From a virus (lineage: Duplodnaviria > Heunggongvirae > Uroviricota > Caudoviricetes), in the IMG/VR virus record IMGVR_UViG_3300031555_003801, positions 128,001 through 188,323 of that record: a stretch of 60,323 nt of DNA; one strand, 5' to 3'. How positions within the stretch are numbered: position 1 is the stretch's first letter; the number at the start of each line of letters is the position of its first letter. The notes under the pieces were generated by a model. The model did not search any database. It had not been told where the DNA came from and was given only the letters and a program-made list of their open reading frames with translations. Below, in pieces: positions 51,522-60,323 of the stretch. The translations under genes were made by a program, and so were the position numbers.

Positions 51522-52496
51522 ATGGCTAATATTGCAATTACAAAATATTGTAATTTAAAATGTCCTTATTGCTTTGCAGAGGATATGATGACTGAAAAAG
51601 ATAAAAAAAATATTGATTTAAATATATTAAAAAATATTTTATCTTGGCTAGAAAAAACACCTAGAGAAAGAGTAGGATTAATTGGTGGTGAACCTACACT
51701 ACATCCGCAATTTAAAGAAATTTTATCAATTGTAAATAATCATTGTTCAAAGAATAATACAGATTCTATTTTATTCACAAATGGTATTAATTTACAACCC
51801 TTTTTACAATATATTAGTCCTCAAATGAGTGTTTTAATTAATATAAATTCTCCTAAAAATATGTCCGAAGATTATTTTTTAGCTTTAAATAAAGTATTAA
51901 ATATTCTTTATTTAAAAAATAAACTTAGTGAAGAAAATTCTCAATTTACATGCGGTTGTAATTTATGTTTAGAAATTGAAGATTATTCTTTTTTTTGGGA
52001 TATAATAGATAAATTTAAAATAAAAAGGGTTAGAGTATCTGTTACAGCACCCATGAATTTTGAATATAAACAAAATAAAGAATTATATTATACTAAATTA
52101 AAACCTGTTTTTTTAAATTTTATTTTAAATGCTTATTATAGAAAAGTTAAAGTTGGAATAGATTGTAATCATATTCCTGATTGTTATTTTACAGATTTAG
52201 AATTATCATTAATTAAAAAAGTTACTAATAAAGATATAATAAATGATTTTTGTATTCCTTGTGTTGACATTACAGCAGATTTTAAAGCAAGTCCTTGTTT
52301 TGGTTCTTATGATAGTTTAATTGATTGTAATAAATTTAATAATTGTGAAGAATTAAGAAATTTCTTTTTAAAAGGAGTTATTGTAGATAAAACAAATAAT
52401 AATAATTTTGGAAAGTGTAATGATTGTATAGAATTTAAAAATAAAAAATGTCAAGGCGGTTGTTTAAGCTTTTCTAAACTAAGCAAAAATGATTAA
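51522..52496 (+). CDS. Radical SAM/SPASM protein
   Basis: CNLKCPYC, GGEPTLHP, C-terminal CIPC...PCF...CNDC...CQGGC. Confidence 0.9.
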   Translation: MANIAITKYCNLKCPYCFAEDMMTEKDKKNIDLNILKNILSWLEKTPRERVGLIGGEPTLHPQFKEILSIVNNHCSKNNTDSILFTNGINLQPFLQYISPQMSVLININSPKNMSEDYFLALNKVLNILYLKNKLSEENSQFTCGCNLCLEIEDYSFFWDIIDKFKIKRVRVSVTAPMNFEYKQNKELYYTKLKPVFLNFILNAYYRKVKVGIDCNHIPDCYFTDLELSLIKKVTNKDIINDFCIPCVDITADFKASPCFGSYDSLIDCNKFNNCEELRNFFLKGVIVDKTNNNNFGKCNDCIEFKNKKCQGGCLSFSKLSKND

Positions 52497-52541
52497 TCTA
52501 TTTTTAATATTTTTCCCTTTTATAAAGGGGGATTAATAAAA

Positions 52542-52826
52542 ATGATTAATATTAATAATATTGAATATAATAATGTTAAAGATATATCGTATGAAATTTC
52601 GTTAACACCTAATTTTAAAGCTTATATTTTTATATCTTTTAATGAAGATGAAAATATAGATAATTTATTTGATATTTTTTCAAAATATAGATATTAGAAT
52701 ATAAAAATATTAAGTGATGAATTACCATTATCTTTATATTATATTCAAGGAGTCTTTTTAGAAAAAAATAATAATAAAATAATTTTTTTATTAGGAAAGG
52801 AAAAAAATATAAATGAAACAAATTGA
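52542..52826 (+). CDS. Hypothetical protein; one TAG=Gln
   Basis: GGGGGA RBS; open to TGA 52824 if TAG is sense; overlaps the next start. Confidence 0.55.
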
Positions 52827-53175
52827 ATTAATTTTATCTAATGGAGAAACAAAAGTATATAATTTTGATAATAAAAATTTTTTCATTAGAAAAAATGTAA
52901 CTCTTATTAATCCAGGTGATACTGAGCTTGGACGCGAATGGACTTTCAGATGTCTTGATACTGGTGAAGAAAAAAATGATTTTTTAACTTTCACTGAAGA
53001 AATTATAAAATTAATTTTAGTTAATAATATTACTATTGAAAAAATTAATATTATTTTAAATAGTAATCAATATACTTATGAAAGAGAAGAACTTTCAGAA
53101 GTATATTGTAGAGATTTATATGAACAGAAAGATAATATTGAAACTTTTGAATTTACTATTAAATTAAAAGAATAA
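52813..53175 (+). CDS. Hypothetical protein
   Basis: AAGGA RBS. Confidence 0.65.
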   Translation: MKQIELILSNGETKVYNFDNKNFFIRKNVTLINPGDTELGREWTFRCLDTGEEKNDFLTFTEEIIKLILVNNITIEKINIILNSNQYTYEREELSEVYCRDLYEQKDNIETFEFTIKLKE

Positions 53176-53192
53176 TATAAAAGGAGGTAAAA

Positions 53193-53858
53193 ATGAATTA
53201 GGGAGATAAAATTTTTGCAAATACCCCTTCATCAGGCTCTCCTCTAGGATTCAATACACTATTTGCTAGACTTGAAAATTTAAGATAGACTCATTATAAT
53301 GCTGGCACTTAGATAAATAAATCTAGCATTTCTTCTCCTTTTTCAACAACTGTTGCTTCAGCAGGAAATAAAATTACACAAGCAAATATACAACAATTAC
53401 AAACTAATTTAAATACTTTAAAACGTTCTACTTGGTATTAGACTTGGGCAACATATGGATATAGTACCAGTGATACTTATGTACCTACACAAAGTTTATC
53501 TTCATAGGCGAATTTTACTATACCTAGTGCAGGAGCTTTAATAAAAGCAACAGATTTTAATACATTAGATTCTTAGTTAAAAACTCTTGAAGGTATATGT
53601 CCAGTTTATAGTGGTAAATATACTGTTGCTTATTCTGATGCTTATTTTGGTTTCTATTGGAACGAATATAGCGCACAATATACTTCACAATATAATGGAC
53701 AATATAGTTCACAATATAATGGACAATATAGTTCACAATATAATGGAAATTATGGTTCTAGATATAGTTCACAATACAGTGGAAATTATGGTTCTAGATA
53801 TGGCGCTTATAGTGATAAATATAGTAATAGATATTCATTTGCTTATGAAAAAACATAA
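53193..53858 (+). CDS. 221-aa protein with C-terminal (Y-x-x-x)21 repeat; candidate radical SAM substrate or virion protein; six TAG=Gln
   Basis: Perfect AAGGAGG RBS; open to TAA 53856 under code 15; next RBS overlaps the stop. Confidence 0.85.
53607..53855 (+). repeat. 12/24-bp coding tandem repeat (e.g. CAATATAGTTCACAATATAATGGA)
   Basis: Encodes YSSQ/YNGQ/YGSR units. Confidence 0.9.
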
Positions 53859-53873
53859 GGAGAAAAATAATAT

Positions 53874-55310
53874 ATGTATTCAATTGAACATTTAAATATT
53901 ATAACTTCATCTTTTTGCGATTTAAAATGTTCTTATTGTTTTTTACATAAAAATAGAAGTTTTAGACAATATGATAAATGGATTATTGAGTCTTGGAAAG
54001 ATGGAACATATGTATAGAACATAAAAAAAGTTTTTGAAAAATTAAATTGCGATCCAAAAGAAGTTACAGATCTTTCTTTTTGGGGTGGAGAACCTTTTAT
54101 TCATATTGATAAAATAATTGATGGAATGATAGAACTTATTAAATTTTGTCCAGATATACAAGGCATTGTTGTTCCTACTAACTGGGTTCATACAAATATA
54201 TCTGATTTATGTCAATTATTACAAGTAATTAATGATAATATAACTCCAAGAAAAGAAAATAATCTTTTGCATTTCCATGTTCAAATGTCTATCGATGGTA
54301 CTGAAGGAGATATATTTATTCAAGATGGTCATACTGCAAGTTGGAAATAGTATCATCGTAATTGTTATGAATTATATGAACAATTAGAAGAAATGTATTT
54401 ACCAAATATTTCAGTACATTTTTGTGTAAGTAGTACAGGAACTCAAAAAAATTTTCTTAAACATTTTTCTAATTTAGATAATATAAAAAAACATATTAAC
54501 TTTTGGGATAAAGAAATTCGTCAATTAATTGAAACTACTAAGAATGCAAAGAATCCTTCTATATTTGTTAATTCTATGATAAATTTTCCAACAATTGCAA
54601 CTCCACAAGAAACATCTTCTACAGAAGGAATGGAAATTGTAAAATTAATTAAAGTAATTGAACAAACTTTATATACAGAAAATGCTTTTCGTAGAACAAA
54701 TGATTAGATTATGAGATTATTTTATAACCATGAATTAGATTGGCCTTTATGTAAATCAAATCATGAATGTCCTGAAGCTTCTTAGAGAGCTGTTACAATT
54801 ATTCCAGATGGAACAATTTGTTAGTGTCCAGATGGATGGATTGAACATACTGAAAAATTTCAAAATGAATTTTTAGAAGAAAAAGACTATAAAAAATATA
54901 AAAAAATGTTAATTGCTAGTCATTAGTTTTATAATCCTTTAACAGCAACTGAAAAAGAGACTGCTGATCATAAATGGTATGATATTATGGGAGGTTTTAA
55001 AGACACTTATTTTCCGTATATTTCTTTAGGATATGCAATGTGTCAAGAATTAGCATTATCTCATCAATTAGATGAAGTATATGTAAAAAGTCCGGAGTTA
55101 TTATATGTTCATTTTATTTCTTCTGGAATGATTAATGAATGTTTTAAAACGTCTTGTTAGGTTACAAGTTTTCCTTATTTATCTGGATAGGATATTATTA
55201 GAAGATGGTTAAATGGTTATTCTCAAACTGCTTATAATTATCATTTAGAAGATTTAAAATGGACTATTAAAGAAAGTATTAGTGATAAAATTCAAAGATT
55301 GGAAGAATAA
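53874..55310 (+). CDS. Radical SAM protein (478 aa) with Cys-containing SPASM/twitch-like region; multiple TAG=Gln
   Basis: CDLKCSYC, FWGGEP, MSIDG, C...IIPDGTIC(Q)C. Joins track fragments 54126-54350 and 54393-54707. Confidence 0.88.
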
Positions 55311-55315
55311 ATTTT

Positions 55316-56569
55316 ATGATATCAGTAAAAGAACAAGATATTTTATTAATTAATGATATATTAAATCGTAATTATTATTATTATTATAAAAAAGGAAATA
55401 CAAAAAATATATCAATTTCTTTTTATAATAATAATGATTATAATAATAGTATATTTATTAAAGAACAAGAAATAAATAATGATATAAATAAAATTATTAA
55501 TAATTTTATATTATTTTTAAATTGGTATAATAATAATAATTTTATTTGCGATTTATATATAGAAGATGATAATTGGTTTTTTAATGATATTTTAAAAGAA
55601 AAAGTTTTTACTTTACTATCTGAAAATTTTTCAGATAGTAAAGTAAATAAAATTATTAATTTTACTTTTGAAATAGAAAAATTAAAAGACCAAGATTTGA
55701 TTTTTTTAGAAGAAAAAATTAAAGAATTTAAATTATATAATTTAGATATAAAAATTAATTTTAATCTTGAAATATCTAAATCTACTCAATGTAATATACA
55801 TAATTTTTTATCATTTTGTAAAGAATATAATTTAAATATTTATAATAGAATTACTCCAGAAAATATAATAGATCAAAAGAATTTCTTTAAGTTTTTAATT
55901 CAAACAATTCCTTATTCTCAAATTCAAATAATTGAACAAGAAAGTGAATTATGGAATGAAGAAAATATTGATATTTATATAGATTTTATAAATTTTTATA
56001 TTGATTATTTTATTCAATTAAAACAAGACAATTTTATAAATTTTTTATTAAATGAAAATTCTATTATTTCTTTGAAAGATAAAGGAATAATAAATAATAC
56101 AGGAACTTGTAAACAAAATTGTAATTTGCATAAAAATTTACATATTATTTTAAATGATTTATCTTTAACAATGTGTAAAAAAATTCAATATGATGATTTA
56201 ACTATAGGATTTTTTGAAGTTGAAAATAATATTATTACTAAATGTATTCCAAATAATATTTCAGCTTTAATTGTATGCGCTCATTCAAAACATAATATGA
56301 CACCTCAATGTGAATATTGTTTTTATATGCCTTTATGTCCAGGTTTTTGTCATGGAGATGCTTATTATAAAGTTTTAAATCCATTAATTCCAATTAGAGA
56401 AACCTGTCAATTAAAAAGAGCTAAATATTCTTTTTTAATATATAAAATATTAAAATTAAATTTATCCGAAAAAATAAAAAATGAAATAACAGAAGAATCT
56501 TATAAACAATATTTTTCTATTTTATGTAATAATTTAATAAATAGTTCACAAACAGGGGGTTTAGTATGA
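55316..56569 (+). CDS. SPASM-domain protein lacking the radical SAM CxxxCxxC motif
   Basis: C-terminal CKQNC...MCKK...IG...CEYC...LCPGFCHG...TC; no N-terminal Cys triad. Confidence 0.75.
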   Translation: MISVKEQDILLINDILNRNYYYYYKKGNTKNISISFYNNNDYNNSIFIKEQEINNDINKIINNFILFLNWYNNNNFICDLYIEDDNWFFNDILKEKVFTLLSENFSDSKVNKIINFTFEIEKLKDQDLIFLEEKIKEFKLYNLDIKINFNLEISKSTQCNIHNFLSFCKEYNLNIYNRITPENIIDQKNFFKFLIQTIPYSQIQIIEQESELWNEENIDIYIDFINFYIDYFIQLKQDNFINFLLNENSIISLKDKGIINNTGTCKQNCNLHKNLHIILNDLSLTMCKKIQYDDLTIGFFEVENNIITKCIPNNISALIVCAHSKHNMTPQCEYCFYMPLCPGFCHGDAYYKVLNPLIPIRETCQLKRAKYSFLIYKILKLNLSEKIKNEITEESYKQYFSILCNNLINSSQTGGLV

Positions 56570-56976
56570 GAGAGTATCCAAATTATACAATGATAAATTT
56601 TTTAATATCAAATACAAAAAATACTTTTCCTCTATTTAATAATGCTGAAGAAGCATTAGAATATTTAAAAATATTAACAAATGAAAATTTTATGTATGAT
56701 AATTCTTTTAATTATGATGCAATTAATTATGAATAGTTAATATATATTGAACAAAATTTTTCAGATAATCAAGAAATAGAAGAAAAATTAAATAAAATAA
56801 AAAAACAAATTTCTGATAATTTTATTTTTAAAAATAAATATTTACAAAGAATTTCTTCTCCAATTATTGATTTGGATCAAGAAAAAAGAATATGTAGTGT
56901 TCACTCAGAAATTCATTTACCTGAAGAATATATAAAAGTATTTCGTGAAAAAGTTAAAGGGGCATATAATATATGA
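56566..56976 (+). CDS. Hypothetical protein; one TAG=Gln
   Basis: ATGA overlaps at both ends under code 15. Confidence 0.7.
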
Positions 56977-57791
56977 CAAAAAAACGGTTATTTGAAATTC
57001 CTTACAATTTTGATATAAAATTAATAGAAAGTTTAAAAATTTTTGATCCAGAAGGATTAACAATTGCTTGTATTTATATACCTCCATTTTATGAAGATTA
57101 TGAAACAATTTTAAGAGGGCATGAATCAAATTTACTTATAAATATATTAACAAGAGATGAATATGAAAAACATATTCATCTCATTAATAGTATGTTTCCA
57201 AATAAATTACAATTATTATTACAAAAACAAGAGCAAATAATGTCAAAAGAAAAATTACAATACTATATAAATTTAGGTTTTTCTAATTTTTGCGTAGGAA
57301 ATTTAGAACAAGCAAAAATTATTAAAAATATTGATTCTAATTTTATTGTAGTTGGTTCTATTTCAATGCGATTAACATTAAAAGAAATAAATAATAATCA
57401 TAATTATGAAAATTATTTTGATTATATAGTTTTACATTTTCCTTTTTGTAGAAATTTAAATGAAATAAAACAATTAACAAAAAAATATAAATATATCTTA
57501 TTAGTAAATGCTTATTGTCATGCTCATTGCGATGGAAAACATCATTGGGAAAGAGAATATAAAACAGAAAATAGTTATTGTCCAGGAAGATTAGGTGGAA
57601 ATTTATTAAAATGGAAATATGCTACAAGAATTAGACCAATGGATTTAGATTTATTTTCTCCATATATAGAAATATTTAAAATACAAGATAGAGGGTGGCC
57701 AACTAGAGATATTTTAAGAGATTATATATTATATTCTAGTGATTATTCTTATTATCCAGAAATAAATTATACAGAAAGGATTTATAATTAA
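56973..57791 (+). CDS. Peptidase-U32-like Fe-S protein
   Basis: LLVNAYCHAHC...H...CP...IRPMDL...FKIQDR pattern. Confidence 0.6.
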   Translation: MTKKRLFEIPYNFDIKLIESLKIFDPEGLTIACIYIPPFYEDYETILRGHESNLLINILTRDEYEKHIHLINSMFPNKLQLLLQKQEQIMSKEKLQYYINLGFSNFCVGNLEQAKIIKNIDSNFIVVGSISMRLTLKEINNNHNYENYFDYIVLHFPFCRNLNEIKQLTKKYKYILLVNAYCHAHCDGKHHWEREYKTENSYCPGRLGGNLLKWKYATRIRPMDLDLFSPYIEIFKIQDRGWPTRDILRDYILYSSDYSYYPEINYTERIYN

Positions 57792-59071
57792 TGAAATATT
57801 CATTTTTAATTGCTATAACTAATAATTGTAATTTAAATTGTAGCGGATGTGCCTGGATGTGTAGTAATATAAATGAAGAAAATAAGTGGTTTATTCCTAA
57901 AAAGGAATTTGAAAATAATTTAAAAATTTTAAAAGAAAAATTACCAAATTTAGATGCAATTGATATTACAGGCGGAGAAACTTTAATACATCCAGATTTT
58001 ATGGATTTAATGGATATATTAATTTCTTTTAAAGAAAAAACTTCACATTTAGTTTGGACGAATGGTTTATTATTAGATAAAATATCAGATGAAGATTTAA
58101 TTAAATTATATAATAATAATATTTATTTTTAGATTGCTATTTATCCTGGAATTTTATAGTATTAGGAAAATTAGAAAAAACGATTTAAAAAATTAAAATT
58201 AAATATACATAGCAATGGTATGCGAATTTTCTTTAATAAACCTAGATATAATTTAAATGGCCATATGGATATAGAAGAACAATTTAAAACATGTGAATAT
58301 TTTCATGAACCATATCAATTTATTTTATATAAAAATAAAATTTATTGTTGCCCAACCGAACCCCATATGATTGAAAACTTAAATTTACCAGATGATCCAA
58401 AATGTTATATAAATATCAGTGACTTAAAAAGTGAAGAAGATTTAATGAAATTAGTTTCAGAAGGCCATAATATATGTAAATATTGTAGAGATAAAAATAT
58501 GGGAAATGATGTTTTTCCATGGTCTGCTGGAAATTTTAAAAATAAAAATTATAATTTTAAATCATTAAAAGATTTATATCTATATAATTATGATGAATAT
58601 TTTAATTTACTTAATGATATTAATTCAATTAAATCAATTTCTGAAATTTTAACAAATGCTAATAAATATATTTAGTATATGGGAAGACATCGTGGAAATG
58701 ATTTTTATGCAATTAGAAATTATTATAAAAAAATATTTGGAACTTTAGATATAATTATTCCTTTTTCTGATAAAATAGATAATAAACAAATAAATAAAAT
58801 TAAAGAAATATTAAAAATAAAAAATCGTAATATTAATATGTATTTTATTAGTATAAAAGAAAATAATATAAATATAGAAAATCAAATTTATAATTTATTT
58901 AGACCTGGTAATATGAATCAAAATAATATTTTCTTTTTAAAAACAGAAAATATTACTTTAGAAGAAATAGTAAATAAATATACTTTTAGTAAATATATTT
59001 ATTATTTACCTTTAGATAATAATCAAAATAATGATTATAAAATTATAAAAAGGAGAAAAATAAATGAATAA
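57791..59071 (+). CDS. Radical SAM protein (426 aa) with twitch-like region and extra C-terminal domain; TAG=Gln
   Basis: CNLNCSGC, TGGETLIHP, WTNG; three track fragments in one frame joined only by TAGs. Confidence 0.88.
58736..59050 (+). repeat. 315-bp direct repeat, copy 1
   Basis: Appears identical by eye to 60009-60323 (offset 1273 bp). Confidence 0.9.
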
Positions 59072-60323
59072 TAGTAAATATTCATTTTTAGTAATTATTA
59101 ATACAAAATGTAATTTAAATTGTACTGGCTGTTCTGTTTTATGTTCTACAAAAAACGAAGGGTGGTCTATTTCTAAAGAAGAATTTGAAAATAATATAAA
59201 AATTTTAAAAGAAAAATTACCAAATTTAAGAACAATTGATATTACCGGTGGAGAAACTTTAATACATCCAGATTTTATGGATTTAATGGATATATTAATT
59301 AAATATAATAATACAGCAGCACATACTCAAGTTTGGACAAATGGTTTATTATTAGATAAAATATCAGATGACAATTTAATTAAATTATATAATAATAATA
59401 TTTATTTTCAAAAATCTCTTTATCCAATTTTCCTTGAAAAACATGAAGAATAGGATGAACGTTTTAAAAAATTAAATATTCCATTAAGAGTTTCAGGATT
59501 AAGATTATTTTTTAATAGATTTTTATATAGTAAATTTATTAAACAAGATTATTTATAGGCTTTTAAAAATTGCAGACATTTTAATGAGAAACCATATCAA
59601 TTTATTTTATATAAAAATAAAATTTATTCTTGTTGCACTCTTCCTTATATGATGGAATACTTAAATCTTGAAGAAAATCCAAAATCATATATAAATATAA
59701 ATGATTTAAAAAGTGAAGAAGATTTAATGAAATTAATTTCAGAACCGCTTGAAGATTGTCAATATTGTATCAATGGAAGAGATGATTTTGATAATTTTCC
59801 CTGGCATCCTGAAGTATATCCATATAATTTTACTAAAACTTTACAAGAATTATTTTTATTTGATTATAAAAAATATCATGATTTAAATCATAATGAAATT
59901 GTATTAAATTATTTTCCTTTATTATTAAAAACAGGAAAGTATTTTAAATTTTTAGGCCGAATGAATGGAAATGACTGGTTTAAAATTAAGCCTTATAATA
60001 ATCGTTTTTTTGGAACTTTAGATATAATTATTCCTTTTTCTGATAAAATAGATAATAAACAAATAAATAAAATTAAAGAAATATTAAAAATAAAAAATCG
60101 TAATATTAATATGTATTTTATTAGTATAAAAGAAAATAATATAAATATAGAAAATCAAATTTATAATTTATTTAGACCTGGTAATATGAATCAAAATAAT
60201 ATTTTCTTTTTAAAAACAGAAAATATTACTTTAGAAGAAATAGTAAATAAATATACTTTTAGTAAATATATTTATTATTTACCTTTAGATAATAATCAAA
60301 ATAATGATTATAAAATTATAAAA
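59064..60323 (+). CDS. Radical SAM protein, tandem paralog of 57791-59071, runs off the right end; TAG=Gln
   Basis: CNLNCTGC, TGGETLIHP; continues past TAG 59451. Confidence 0.88.
60009..60323 (+). repeat. 315-bp direct repeat, copy 2
   Basis: Appears identical by eye to 58736-59050; ends at the window edge. Confidence 0.9.

Noticed and set aside
53660-53800. CRISPR array
   Set aside because: Contiguous 12/24-bp coding repeats with no unique spacers; no cas genes in the window.
53587-53895. Track ORF MKVYVQFIVV...HNIMDNIV repeats
   Set aside because: Off-frame shadow of the Tyr-repeat gene. It has no RBS and overlaps the next gene, while the code-15 frame has a perfect RBS and fits its neighbours.
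1-60323. TAG as pyrrolysine, or TGA recoding
   Set aside because: TAG falls at conserved Gln positions and is frequent; TGA terminates many genes with ATGA overlaps; no pyl genes seen.
58736-60323. Diversity-generating retroelement template/variable repeat pair
   Set aside because: The copies look identical rather than differing at adenines, and no reverse transcriptase is present in the window.

Overview
A 60-kb piece of a large, AT-rich tailed phage genome. The host is probably a Firmicute (Bacillota), judged from sigma-A promoters and GGAGG/AGAAAGGA RBSs. The phage uses a reassigned genetic code: TAG is read as Gln (code 15) in the terminase operon (1-5.2 kb), folD and its neighbour, some minus-strand genes at 22-24 kb, and most genes from 48.7 kb onward. 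The standard-code ORF track therefore fragments many genes, and I re-joined them by manual translation. The phage carries its own TAG-free release factor 2. The 10-48 kb region is an early/middle block of small ORFs that are almost all open under code 11. They sit behind repeated promoter/terminator cassettes, with candidate small RNAs and a candidate replication origin at ~23.1-23.4 kb. The most unusual item is at 50.7-60.3 kb. There, a 221-aa protein visible only under code 15 ends in 21 near-perfect Y-x-x-x repeats. It is embedded among four intact radical SAM enzymes, a SPASM-only partner, a U32-family protein and an FkbM methyltransferase, which makes it a candidate phage-encoded protein-modification system. 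All functional calls come from motif recognition by eye; no database searches were run.
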